Counted from the stretch's first letter, positions 35,815 through 49,344 are shown. The stretch is 64,000 bases of DNA from Chiloscyllium plagiosum (GCF_004010195.1 NC_057717.1:45491362-45555361), one strand, 5' to 3'. Made by a program: numbers and translations. The notes: generated from the letters alone by a model not told the origin.

Positions 35815-36555
35815 CTAAGGTGTTCAGGCACAGTTCGAACACTAGCATATACCAAACAATGCAGAAAATTTCCAATGTCTAAGTTTTGTACAAAAACAGA
35901 ACAAATCCATGAAAAGCAATCACTACAAATCAGCCTACTATTGATCATCTGTGAAATGATAGAAAGTGTCATTAACAATGCAATCAACCAACAGAAATTA
36001 AATTATAGTGTGGAGAAGATATAATCCAGGAATATTTAAATATTTGAACGACACCATTTTATGTTTCACCAGGACCAAACAGTTTCTATACTCACTACAA
36101 TTTTTATGCAAATATGGAGAAAGGAGTTAAATACCAGTGGGTGGTAACATCAGCCCTTGACATCAAGGCCGCATTCGACCAGGTGAGGCATCAGGGAGGT
36201 CTATTATCACTGGAATCAATGGTTATTAGGAGGAAACATTTCCAGTGATTGAAGACATACCTCGTACAGAAGATTATAGTCTTGTTCGTTGGCGGTCAGT
36301 CTCCCATCTACAGGTCATCTCTGCAGACATTCCTCAGGGAAGTGTCCGAGGCCAAATTAGCATCAGTTGCGTCATCAGTGACCTTCTCTTCGTCAAAGGT
36401 TCAGAAGTGGGGATGCTCGCTGGTACCTGAAAAATGCTAAAACAATTCACGAGTCCTCGTATGCTGAAACAGTCCATGCTCAAATGCAATGAGACCTCGA
36501 CAATATCGAGGTTTGTGCTGACAAATGGCAGGCAACATTTACGCAACATAAATGC
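35815..36555 (+). mobile_element. CR1/L2-group LINE RT fragment, decayed
   Basis: ISLLLIICEMIE, ALDIKAAFDQV and IPQGSVRG motifs. Confidence 0.75.
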
Positions 36556-36559
36556 CAGA

Positions 36560-37650
36560 CTCTGACGATGAGGGCCAAAAGGTTTGGTGTTGGAAAATTA
36601 CAGCCAGTCTGACAGCATCCGAGGAATAGGAAAGTCGACGATACAAGCGTAAGATCTTCATCATGAATGTGAGGGGTGGGTGGGGGGTGGGGGGGCGACT
36701 AAGCTGAGAGATAAACGGGAGTAGCTGCACTGGGAGTTAAGTAGTTGGGAATGCAATAGGTCGAATATGCTGGTGGTGTTGGTGTGTAAGGTTGTAGTAT
36801 TGTGTGGAGCGGAGCGATGAGAAGGAAGATGTACAGGGAGGTCAGTTCAAAATGGAGGGGTGAATTTATGGAATAAGCTGGGGGGAGGACAGATGAGGAA
36901 AAAGGTGAAGTTGACATTCCTCCTATGTGATTGGAAGGTCGCAAGATGGACGATGAGGCATTCTTCATCCAGTCATAGGGTGGCTGGCATTTGGCAGAGG
37001 AGGAGTCCAGGGACTTGCATGACCTTGGCATGGCAGAGGATGGAGTTAAAATTTACGGCCACAGGGCGATGTATTTGTTTAATGTGTGTCCCCGAGATCT
37101 TCTCTGAAGCGTTTCGCAGGTTGGCATCCCGCCTCCAAAATGTTGAAGAGACCACATTGCCAACGACGGACGCAGTAGATTACGTGTGGTTTGGCACAGG
37201 AAAAACTGGCTCGGATGCAGGAGGATTCTTTGGGTTACTTGGATGGCGTTGGGAGCTGCAGTTTTAGCACAGATTGTACAAATTTTGTGGTGTTAAGTGA
37301 AGGTGCCAAGAGTGGAGTATGGGTTGTTGGGGGGCGGAGACACAACAAGGGAATTGTGGTGGGAATGATCTGTGCAGACCACAGATACGGGAGAGGAGAG
37401 ACATATATTCATGGTGGTAATGTCAGTTTGTCAGTTGCAGTAATGTGGAGGATGATATACTGTACCTGGAGGTTGGTCTCGTGAAAGTGACGATTGGGGT
37501 TCTGTCCTTATTGCGATTGGAGGACAGGGGTTCAAGCTCGGGGTTGTGCGGTGTGGAGCAGACGTACTGATTGGTAGTTTTGATATCTTTAGGATGGAAA
37601 TCGCGTTCCTTGAAGAAGGAGGCCATCTGGGATTTTCTATGGTGAAATCG
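36560..37650 (-). mobile_element. Penelope-like element 3' part (GIY-YIG plus terminus)
   Basis: Minus strand MASFFKER.F, NKDRTP.V, PVAVNFNS..H....MQV.GLL; terminus of the same family as 29730. Confidence 0.8.
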
Positions 37651-37717
37651 GACGAATAAATGTTAGCGTATAAGATATATAAACCCTCAATGCATTAGAA
37701 GTGTTCATCCAGATATT

Positions 37718-37845
37718 TCGGAAGAAGGGCTTATGCCCGAAACGTCGATTCTCCTGTTCCCTGGATGCTGTCTGACCTGCTGCGCTTTTCCAGCAACACA
37801 TTTTCAGCTCTGATCTCCAGCATCTGCTGACCTCACTTTCTCATC
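37718..37845 (+). mobile_element. Stand-alone PLE terminal unit with 12-bp TSD
   Basis: CATCCAGATATT at 37706 and 37846; insert starts TCGGAAGAAGGGCTTATGCCCGAAACGTCGATT. Confidence 0.9.
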
Positions 37846-38689
37846 CATCCAGATATTGCTAACTAACCTGCTTAAATATGTAATTCTGTACCTCTCGCAG
37901 AGTTGGTAATTGAACACAGGTTTTCTGGCTCTGAGGTTGGGATCTAGCTCGACATCACAGGAAGCCTGAACCGATATTCATTTCAACAACAACCTCGCCC
38001 ATTATCTCCCTAACAATATGTTTCATATTCAGATCTTACTTGTTCCACGTGTATCTGCCAACAAAGTCAGAGCAAAGCAATTTGAAATAGCAGGTGTTAC
38101 ACCATAGCTTTCCCCATTCGAAGTCTCCATTTAAAATCTGACCACTGAGTGTATATTGCGTCTCTTCAGTGTAAAGTCCAGAAACAAATTCAATCAACAT
38201 CTGGCAGCATTTAAGATATTTTATCATGTTTTTGTTTACATCGCGAAGTTCCATTGGACCCCAAAATATCTTCTATTCATTCCTTCCCTGCTCATGACAT
38301 TGCCAAAATGATCTGAACATTTTTATAAAGACAGAATGTCGACAGAAATCAGCAAAATTCGAGACTTGTACTGACAACTCAGTGGTTGCAGTTTTAACAT
38401 GCAAACTTCACAGTGTACTGATCATGCTCAATTAATTGTAGAATTGGTAGTCTGAAACATGTGAAGTCTCTTACCGTCAGTCCAACGCTTAATTCTGTCA
38501 ATGGTCTCAATAATCTAACAAGTTGTGCCAACGCCCACGATTTCCATCTGCTCCAAATTTGTTTTGCTTAGACTATTTTAAAAGTTCTCTGTATTTCGCT
38601 CTGACCACGATTTCAGACAATGCAATAACTACTGAGTGTAATGCTATCAAGTTTAGAAATGGGAAGACGTTCAAGGTTGCACAGGCAGC

Positions 38690-40620
38690 AGCTGTCACAG
38701 ATGGTGTTGTGCAGTGAACAGTGCTGCTGACTTTCGAGGTATGTCCATTTTGGCGAATGTCAAAGGATCAAGGGTATTTGGTTGGCTGAGGTTGATGAGA
38801 ATCATGATGAACTTATCGAAGTGCTTACAAATTACGGACGTGAGCGACAATGGGAGGTACTGAGAGATGCAAGCTGCGTGATTTTCCGTTGGCCACATAT
38901 TTGCAGTAGTCTTCTGGAAGAAGGTGGGCATTAATGATCGTAGTAAGGAGAGGTTAAAGAGGTCCGTGAATATTCCCATCCAGTCCGCACAGGATCTGAG
39001 TGCAAGGCTATGGATTCCATCCAGGTCAATCGCTGTCTATGAGTCCTCATAAAAGAAGATGGATTTTATATCTGTGGTGGTAATTGTGGTTACGTTGCAT
39101 TCCAGGCTGCTGTGATAACAAGCTTACAGCGCTTTGAACTCATCGAGTTGTGATGTCCTGTTGCCCGCAATTCTGTTCAACTTCTCGTTGTATTCTGTTG
39201 TCTGTGAAAGTCTTGCCGCAAATGACGGTGTCCAGATTAAGGTGTACTTATGAAGGGCTTTTTTGGATTTTCTGTATAAATCAAGGTTGCTCGACCGGTT
39301 CACCTCTGACTTGGAATTCAGTTGAGACAGGAACTCCCATTTCTGTCCATGTTTGTACACGGCAAACATTCAGGTTACGATCTTCAGCACACAGTCTTCT
39401 GCACACTCACGATGTCCTTGACGGTGCTGGCATATTTGCTTAGTTTGGACACTTAGGTGCTTGTAAAGAGCAAAGTCCACTTATTCTAAGCAGTCCCGTA
39501 TAGCCATCCATTGTCCAGATCAATACTGCAGTACTTTCTATATTAGATAATCTCATGCCAATTTCTTCTTGTCAGCTGGGGGGAGTGGGACAAAGCCCTG
39601 CGATCGAATGTTCAAAAATGCGAACGGCGAATGGAGGGGTGCTATCTTTGATGGTGGTATATCTCCAGTCAAGAAAGTTCAGACCATTGGTGAAACAGGA
39701 GACATATTTGTAACCCGTGTTTAAAGTTTGCCTGATTGAAATCACCATGAAGAAAGGAAAAGACCTCCAAGTATTCTGACTCAAGATGGTTTCTAACGTT
39801 GTACACCTCGTCTGGTGTATTCTTCAGATCTGTGTATTGTGGGAGATAGACTATTTTCAGGATAGCAGAGGAGCAATCGTGCAGCATGTAGTAGAGATGA
39901 CAGATTACTGTAAGATAATATTGGTCCAGAGAGCAGCAATTCGTCAGCAACGCAACGTCTGAGCACTGGAATGACTAGAAGGCACAACTAACTGGCTGAT
40001 GCTTTGCCCAAAGACGCCAATCCCTCAAATCAATAAACTGAGAATCCCTCAGTTGTAATGACTCGTCAGGTGCAACATCAGTGAGGCGGGACTGTGGAAA
40101 ACAGAGTGCCCAGCAGTCCCTATATTCCCTTTGGACTGTCTAACCGTAAGGTCATCCATCTTGCATTCAATAGCTTGTATGCTTCCCAGGTATATATTCA
40201 AGCGGGGGGATTTGAACCCTCGTAGTTTAAACATCACTGGAAATACAGCACATCTCCCAGGTTTCCTGCATGGCAGTTCCTCCTTATCGATCCGAGTGTG
40301 CTTGACCGAAGCCTGCTATTCTGGGAGATGTGTGATTGGTTCCTGAGCACCACTCATGACCTTGAGCATTCGAGACCGTCCTGCAACCTGTTCAGTCGGC
40401 CTCCAAGATGTGGGGTCACTGTGTTTCTTGTTCCTGCGATGGCTGAGCTTCGGTTCCAAGTTTCTGTTTGTTCGGAGCTGCCATTTTCGGTAAGTCAGGG
40501 AGCTCCAATTGGCTCTCGTGTGTGAATCTCGTTAACGAGGCTTCACGAGGAATTGCCGTCGTCTGGTCGCCTTGGTATTTGTCACCATGGGGTCAGTTCT
40601 TGCTCCCAGGCTAAATAAAC
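38690..40620 (-). mobile_element. Rex1/Babar-type LINE, decayed (EN plus first part of RT)
   Basis: RGFKSP..IQAIECKMDDL (ORF start), GDFNQAN (EN), IFTDLFNLSL..PT.F.KTT..YLPLSLTSVI.K.F..LDPL.FA (RT). Confidence 0.8.
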
Positions 40621-41977
40621 CTCTGTTCTGGGTTTTCACGAGTGGACTAGGTGTGTTGGAAGATGGAAAGCCTTTAATTAGGCTGCGCTTGAAATTGGAG
40701 AGATGGTTTTCGAGCCTCGTCAGTCGTAGTATCTTGAGAACTGAAAGAAGTTGGAAGTGAACGTTGTTAGTAATTCTATTAGACTTGATATTAAGGTTTA
40801 AAGATCAAATTGAATTAAAACGTGGAATTTCAAGGTCCCTATCGACCTCTCGCAAAATGTCACCATGCTGCAGTGCACCCTTGAACGTGGTTTATTATTG
40901 TACAACTTTAGTCATGACAGCGGAAGTGTAGGCGGTATAGAATTTCTTTCTAGCTGATTTATTTTGAAGGTCGTCAGTCAAGGCAACCAATTCCAGTGTT
41001 TGTGCTGCGGGTTGTAATTAAATTCCGTTCCTGTCTGAAGCCAATCAAGAAATGGAACAATAGCTTCCAAAATGAACAGGACGTTAAGAAGTGAAATGTG
41101 AAGTAGCCATTGTTTCTTACTCTGTGTTTCTTTATTTCATTTTTAAGACCGGGCAAGAATTAGATGAACAGAACTGTCTTTTACCTGATTATTCAAGGCA
41201 ATAGTGCATCCACTTTTACCATGAGCTGCTGCTTTGACCTGGCGATGTGACTACTACATTCAAGGCTTGAATCTCGAAAAGTAAATGCAGGATTGATCAG
41301 GAAAATGATCATTTTCCTTTGCATCAATTGAACCTTTGGCCAGTGAGATCGTTATTAGTCACAGTCTATACCAATTGACGTTGAGAACAAAATGTTAATT
41401 CTGCTGGAAAGAATGAAACGTGTGGTGCGCAATGCATTTGCGGCACATTCCATGCTGATGAGGTCAGGTAAGTATACGAAATTAATTTTCAATGAGTATT
41501 GTAAACTTGAGGGTGTCAACACGTCGAAGTGTGTTGTTTTTGCCTAATACAGACATAGTTGGCCGAAGAGCCTTTTGTGTGTTATGTTTCATTTTTGTCA
41601 GCCTGGCTCTAATCGAGCATGAAATTATTGCGTACAGTCAATAATTGTTGGACCACACTGTCTATGGCATGTGCTACATATTCCAACTGAAACAAGATTA
41701 GTATCGGCGAAATCTTTGCTTCGCATGCAATGTCAGTAGTTGGCTAACACCAATGTGGGCACTGATCCACTTCAGTTCATGAAAAAGCAATGGCTTTTTC
41801 ATGGAAGACATATCATTTTTTCAGAAGTTTACATTGTCTACCGATTTTAGGATTCCATCTCCTCCAAGAACACAAACACGGGAGTTATCTGCTGACCAAT
41901 GATTTGGGCGCTTTGGCACTCAAATTTTTTAATCCATTCAATGCGAAATCAGCAGAGATGGTTGGTTTCAAAACCAT

Positions 41978-42259
41978 GGGCAGCACGGTGGCACAATGGT
42001 CAGCACTGCTGCCTCACAGTGGTAGAGTTCCGGGTTCAATTCCCGTTTGCACATTCTCCCCGTGTCTGCGTGGGTTTCCTGCGGGTGCTCCGGCTTCCTC
42101 CCACAGCCCCAAAATATGCAGATTAAGTGAATTGTCCGCAGTGTTAGGTGAAGGGGGAACTGGAGGGGAATGGGTCTTGGCGGCTTGCGCTTCGGCGAGT
42201 CGGTGTGGACTTGTTGGGCCGAAGGGCCTGTTTCCACACTGTAAGTAATCTAATCTAAT
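41978..42259 (+). mobile_element. HE1-type SINE with short internal deletions
   Basis: GGGCAGCACGGTGGCACAATGG, GGGTTCAATTCC, GGGCCGAAGGGCCTGTTTCC, (TAATC)n tail. Confidence 0.9.
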
Positions 42260-42497
42260 GATCTGGAGGACGGAAGAATGTTAAATGACTCAATGCGTAC
42301 TTCAAAAAATTCAGCTTGTCACGGTTTTATAACGCAAATGTGTTTTATACTCCAACACATATCTTTAAAAATAAGTGAGTTTGAATAATTTTATCACAAC
42401 ACATGAAAGAGTGACATTTGTAGAAAGTCCAACAAATAATAATTCAATTATGATACCAACCTGGTTTACAAACTCTGCATTTAATTTCCACTAACAG

Positions 42498-43392
42498 TTA
42501 ACAAACTGACGGTTGTGATACTGCGTCGTCAACAATGTGGTCTCTCCAAATATACCACACGATACATGGCGGCCATGGTGGTGATGGACCGACTTGTCAT
42601 GAGCTTCGACCTGATACTAAGACACATTGTTCTTGTTTATCACAATCATTTTCGTTTCCTGCGGGACATCCCAATGTGTAAACTACATGCAGCAGTGTTA
42701 AATACAGCCACAGATGCATCTGTCGAGTTTACTATCGCTTTTACTTTTGACCGATTTGTGACCATTTATTCCAAGAATTGGAGAAGTAAGTTTTGAACCG
42801 TTAATACAGCAGGTGTGATTATTGGAACACTTGGAGTACTGTGCTGTTTTTTAAAAAAAAGTCAGCTGATATTCAATGCTAACTGGTTCCTACTGAATGT
42901 GGAAAACCACGTGGATTTGTGTCATGGCCGAGAGAGTTCAATCCTCTCTGCTCTGCACAGCAGTAGAGTTCTTGCATCATGTTCTATCGCTGGTAGTTTC
43001 ATTTTTTTCTTATTGCGCTGCTGAATGTTTTCACTATCAGACAGGTGCTCATGAGCAACCGAAATCGCAAAAGGCTCCACCCTCATAGAATTTGGAATAG
43101 TGATGGCGCTTACAAGGGAGAAAGCCGAAGGACTTATATTCATGTATATTATCTCGAGAACTTTCGTCCTGTTATGTGCGTTGGTTCCCTGGTTTGTTAA
43201 TGGAAACGGATTTAAAACTTTGGTTATGAGATGATACTACTATCTTATTTTCTACTTGAACTGAGCTTCATTCTGCAAATCTCGGACTGCTGCACAAACA
43301 CTTGAGTCTATGCTATAATCCAATCAAAGTTTCGAGAAGATTTGAAGAATAGGCTTCAGTATCCGTTTTCTCCACTTTTTGAATTAATCTGA
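42498..43392 (+). pseudogene. GPR139-like GPCR pseudogene (paralog of 2664-3619)
   Basis: Same acceptor position CTAACAG|TTAAC. CGLSKYTTRYMAAM, LRHI, ATDASVEFTIAFTFDRFV, EFLHHVL, CCTNT*VYAIIQSKFRE..YPF. Stop at 42794, further stops and frameshifts. Confidence 0.9.
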
Positions 43393-45074
43393 CGATTGAA
43401 ATAACTGAAGTATTTGAAGTTCAGAAATAATTTTCATTTCACCCATACTTTGAGACACTGAATGAAAGGCTGCCAGCATATTCTGCACATAGTTAGGCAG
43501 ACGTAGTCTTGATGATTGTCAGCAAATTGGGGTGACGTGGGAATCTCATTGCCAAAGTGACCAAGTCTTGTTCTGAGGACTATTCCTTTGGTAACCATGT
43601 TGCCTGCGTTTGCTTTCGGCATCCAAGTGAAACGTTGAAAATATATTTAAATCCGTACCTGAACAGGGGAGGTTTGAATGGTTTGGGAGTGGAGCTGGGG
43701 GGTGGGACTAGTATAATTCTGAGTTCTGTTCAGCATTGACGAGTTGACCATAATAGTCTGCTCCCATGCTCTCTGACTCAATATTGTATGATGGGATGCA
43801 GTGACATCAGAGTGAGAGATACGAGATAGTGATTCTCTTGCCTGAAAATATTAACAAAAACACGCACCCGATGGAATTATCAAATTGATTTCGCATTAGG
43901 TGTAGTTGGCCCTCGGTCATGACGATGTTCTGTTGAACATGACAACAAAAACTGTACTGGATGACCTAAGTATGAATGCAGAATCCGACAGTGGTCAGAT
44001 GAAAGGATTTTATTCAGCCTGTCGGACCGAGGCTCGTGTTGGATGGCGAAATTCATCTTGAAGGGTTTCTCAAGCTAATTTTCTTTCCACCTTTTGCAGA
44101 AGTGTGCACATTTCATGTGAGAAATACTTTTGCTTTTCGTTACCTTCATTGTCACTACAATGACCACACTTCCGGGAAAGGCATGTGTCATCATTTCCTG
44201 CCCTTCCATGAGGAATGATTCTGACATGATTTCTACGTGCTCTCTGTTACCAATTGATGTGAATTTGCGTCATCTACTTCTGTCAATGGAGACAATTTAC
44301 ACGATTTATATTCAATGTAACCTCCATTGAAACAGCACGATGAATTTCTTTGAACTTGTAGTGATTTTGTGATCATCCAGTGACACCAGAACCAGAACTA
44401 CATCAAAATTGCATCGAAATAATCATCAGTTACGTTCAACATAACTTGATTAACTGAGCATTTTACGTTAATTTTGTTAAAAGCCGACGTGTTGCGCAGT
44501 CCATGAGATGTGATCTCAATCTGGCATCCCAAATCAAATAATCTCAACGCTGGTATCACTCATAATCCGAAAATAGAGCGTTGCAATGAACTTTCCATAA
44601 GCTGAAATGGCGGAGAGAGAAGAACCATTGATTGAATAGGGGAAAAATGACCATTTTTGGATTTGTTTCATTTAGCGAAAACAGGAATGAATGTTGGTCT
44701 TCTGGAAAAGTGACGTTGTGTGAAGTGAACTTTTGAAAAGTGGGGATATCTGTGCCGATAACTCCTTTTGTCTTGTTTAAAAACTGCTTCCTTTTCGAAG
44801 TAGTTTGTTAAATGTAATATTTTACTAACTTGTATGACAAAAATGACTCGCAACACACTTTTCTGAAATTAATCTGCATCAGCTGTGATATCCAGCTGGT
44901 ATTCTTGAACTCCCTGCGGCATTTCATACAGCTTCCCAGTTTCCCATCATGTCATGTTTTGAAATAGGGCTCTGGATAGCTAAGTTTAACAGTCAATGTA
45001 TCTCAGAAAGGAAAGAACTCAAATAACTGACTATAGGAAATTCAACTCAGAGACAGAAAGTGATAGTCACGGAG

Positions 45075-46440
45075 GCATACAGCATTTAAATAGACGCTTT
45101 GGCCCAACGCGGCCATGCCGACCAGTTATACGAACCTAATCTGGTCCCAAATGTCACCACTTGGCACTTATCACTCCAAATACTCCATATGCATATACCC
45201 ATCCAGATGGCTTTAAATGCGGTAATTGTACCAGCCTCCAACACTTCCCCTGGCAGTTCATTCCAATAACCCAGCACACTGCGTGAAAAGATTTTCCCGT
45301 TAGATCCCTTTCATATGTTTCCTCTCTCAACTTCAACCTACGTCCTCTAGTTCTGGACGTCAGCACGGCACTGTAAAAAAGAAGCTTGTCTAGTTAGCCT
45401 ATCCATACCCCTCATGATTTTATAAATATCTATAATGTCCCCCCTTAGCCTCCTACATTCCAGCGAAAACAAACCCAGCTTATTCAGCCTTCTCCTTACA
45501 GCTCACATACTCCAAACATGGCAACGTCCTGGAAAGTGCTTTCTGAACTTTTTAAATTTCTCAACATCCTTCCGCGAGGAAGCAGACCAGAATTGCACAC
45601 AACGGTCCAACAGGGACCCAAACGTTGTCCTGCACACGTGATTTCCCAACTCCAATACTTTGTACTCAGACCGATAAAGGAAAGCATAACAAGTGTTTTC
45701 TTCACTGTCCGATCTACCTGCGACTAAACGTTCAAGGAACTAAGAACTGCACTGCTAAATCGCTTTGTTCAGCTACCTCCACATGATCATACCTCTTAGT
45801 GTATAAGTCCTGCTCCAATTTGCTTTTCCAAAATGCAACAACTCGTATGTGACTAAATTAAACCCAACCTGCCTCTTCTCAGCCTATTAGCCCATTAGAT
45901 GACGGTCCCGTTATGCTCTGAGATCGGCTTCTTCGCTGTTCACTTTCCTGCCAATGTTGGTGTCATCTGCAAATTTGCTAAGTGTAACTCCTATGTTCAC
46001 ATCAAAATCATTTGTATGAATAACGAAAAGCATTTGATGCACGACCGGTTCTTGTGGCACTTCATTGGTCACAAGCCTTCATTCTGAAAAGCATGCTTCC
46101 ACTGCCAGCCTCTGACTTCTATTATAAAGCCAGTTCTGTATCCAAACGGCTAGTTCTCCCTGCACTCTATGAAATCTAATCGTATTAAGCATTCTTTCAT
46201 GAGGAATATTGTCGAGCGCCATACTAAATCCCGGAAACATGAAGTCTATCACTCTGCACTCATCAATCCTCTCTGTTACTTCTTCAAAAGACTCAATTAA
46301 ATTTGTGAGACATCATCTCCCATGCACAAAGCCATGCTGACGATCGCCCAGTCAGAACTTGCCTTTTAAAATACATGTAAATCCTGTCACTCGGAATATC
46401 CTCCAACAACTTGCACTGCGCTGATGTCAGACTCACCCAA
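45075..46440 (-). mobile_element. CR1 LINE 3' half, decayed
   Basis: Minus strand NLIESFEEVT, KFADDT and RTRGRRLKLR motifs; CR1 3' UTR at about 45080. Confidence 0.85.
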
Positions 46441-47149
46441 ACAATACTTATATCAGAAATAACATTATCATTCATCGCATTTCGTAAGATCCCTGGCACT
46501 CTTCTAAGTTCCTGTTCACGTTGATTCAGTAATTTTAATCCAGATACCCAACTGTAACCGCACGTTGTTTTCAAGCTAGCTTGTTAATATCAGTTTCCAT
46601 TTAGACATTACGAAAATAGCATTACTGCTGTGATTAATGCCTCTTTCCCCCTTCCATTCGAAGTCATCTTTTTTGAGTAGTTTGAGGTCACTTGACCAGA
46701 CTTTGTCTGACCAACAGAGTATCTTTTTTTGCACCAGATTCTGCAGAGTCCAATCAAGGCCTTGAGGCAGTATCCGAATGGCGAGGAATTCCTGGTCTGA
46801 ATTGTACTGATCAAATAAAATGATATGGTATGGAAACGTTCGAAGGAAATGAGGTAAATAATGTATTGTGTACAGTTCATCATAAAACTTTCTTTTGTGT
46901 TTTCATTGTGTTGAAATAATTTATCTGGACCCACTGTATAGTGACGTATCACTGTTCATTTAGGTAATATCTGTAAATGTTGTTTCCCGTGCGTATTTTT
47001 CTCTCAGTCACTCGACACTTCGGTATCTCAATCAAATTGGTTTCATCTGATCGCGCCTAACAACAAAGGAACCTTCATTCAATATTTTCATTCTGGTTCC
47101 ATCCCTGACTGCTCCGAGTTTTACATATGCTCTTTCTTATTTGCCTTCC

Positions 47150-47770
47150 ATTCGGTGGTACGGTGGCTTCTTTGTAACCCATTTTTTCAGACCCAGAGAA
47201 CCGTGATCGATTTCAATCTCGGGCGACTGTATGTGTGATGTTTGCACATTCGCCTTATGTTTACATTAGATTCCTCCCACAGTCCAAATATGTTAAGTTT
47301 ACGTGGCTTGGACTAGGAATGCTGGATGACAGTTATCAGATTAGATTAGATTAGATTAGATTACATTACATTACAGTGTGGAAACAGGCCCTTCGGCCCA
47401 ACAAGTCCACACCGACCCGCCGAAGCGAAACCCACCCATACCCCTACATTTACCCCTTACCTAACACTACGGGCAATTTAGTATGGCCAATTCACCTGAC
47501 CCTGCACATCTTTGGACTGTGAGAGGAAACCGGAGCACCCGGAGGAAACCCACGCAGACACGGGGAGAACGTGCAAACTCCACACAGTCAGTCGACTGAG
47601 GCAGGAATTGAACCCAGGTCTCAGGCGCTGTGAGGCAGCAGTGCTAACCACTGTGCCACCGTGCCGCCCACAATTGAATGTAAGAGTGATGGGATGCTCT
47701 TCAGAGCTATGGTATGGACTCGATGTGCTGAATGCCTTGCTTCCATGCTGAAAATATTCTATGACGAACG
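47150..47770 (+). mobile_element. Old degenerate HE1-like SINE, split by a younger copy
   Basis: 5' part GGCGACTGTATGTGTGATGTTTGCAC..TTCCTCCCACAGTCCAAA before 47338; 3' part GGGATGCTCTTCAGAG..TGGACTCGATG after 47670. Confidence 0.65.
47338..47669 (-). mobile_element. Young HE1-type SINE, full length
   Basis: Highly similar to 12211-12530; long (TCTAA)n tail. Confidence 0.92.
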
Positions 47771-49344
47771 CCACATCTCTATGACACTTCAATTGTCTCA
47801 GAGTTCTCGGTAATACGAATTCTCTGCCTCGCTCTGTGATCCCTCATTCTCACGCACACAGATGCACATGAGGTTAATTTCAAAGTAGAAATAGCAACGG
47901 TTACGCTTATTATCCCTTGGGATTTGACTGTTAAGAGAAATTGCAAAATACATATTCAAGATATGAAAGGTAAACAAAAAAGAGATGAACGTGAACGATA
48001 TCCACCTTTTGAAGCTTCCATAACTATTGTAAATAATCAGGCAAAATAGGACCCGATCGTTAAAAAAAAATGGCAGGCACACATCTGGACAGAAAGTGTG
48101 GGAGATGTTCAGAAGTACTTTCCGCTAATGGCTGTTGACTCTGGGTCGTGTGATAATTTAAGTTGAAGAAAACCTATTCTGTGAATGTTTGTTAAGCAAA
48201 TTGATTACGAAAATGGGAGAAAGGTAGAAAATCGAGTTGCAAAAGACATCAGCCATGGCACACATGGCTCGACGGGATGAATGGCCGAGACCTGTCCTCT
48301 GCTCCTGGTTCATTCTCATGCCCTTTTGTCACGACCTGAAGTACACTGCGTGACGAGATTTTTTTTTGTCAAAATAACAGAGTTCATTGATGCAATGCAG
48401 TTTGGAATAAATGCTACTTCTCGCAAATTGCATGTGTTATAAAAAATTGAATAATTCCGCATCAAATGGGCTGGTCTTTCCTTATTTTAGATGTGGACTT
48501 CTGAAACCTTGTGAGAGTTGCAATCCTTTGAGCAATTGGAAAGCATTCTGTCGTATTCCTACCTGTGCTTGTAGGCAGTGGGCAAACTTCGAGCAGCAAT
48601 ATTACAAGTCACTCACGGCAGTTATCCAAATATGTGACAGGCTTTTGTCGAGAAAGAATTAATTAACTCACATCAATTCAATGCAGTTTGAAGTGTGGCC
48701 TTGACAAAAACATATTATTTGCTTTCCACGTGGGAGATTCCGTAATAAACAGGTCATTAAACGTCATGAATAATGTATTGCATGAATGTTTGTTGCAAAT
48801 TCCGAGCTAAAACTTGAACTTCTTTCCAAGTCTTGCTGCGTACGTGCAATGACTTTTCATGGCTTGAGGCGAATTGTTTTTCTCTGTGGAAATTGCCAAT
48901 GCCCATACTTAAGAAACTTGAAGCATGAATAAAATTCCATCGGCTTCTGTGGTGATTCTTCATATATCAGAAGACGTCACACGGATTGCCGTCAATGACA
49001 TTATACAGCTTTAATGATTGAAGTCCAAAAGAGAAACGACCATGTTATTTGGTAGGATCAATGGATTTTTTGCTCTGCTGTTTCTCAATTAACTGTGGCA
49101 TTGTATTCAATCCGATCTCTGTTGAGGCTAAAGCTCAAGTTAGTTAACTCACTCTGCATTATTCAGATTCTGTAGGGAACTGTAATAATGTCAAGGCTAA
49201 TTATTGCAACTGCTATCTGGAAGTGTGCAACAAATACTAACCTTGTCTTGACATCTATATGATTCTCACAAATTTTAGACACGTTAGATTTCTGTTTTTG
49301 CATGTATAATGAAACAGTCACTTCTTTTATTTTTCAAAGGTTAT

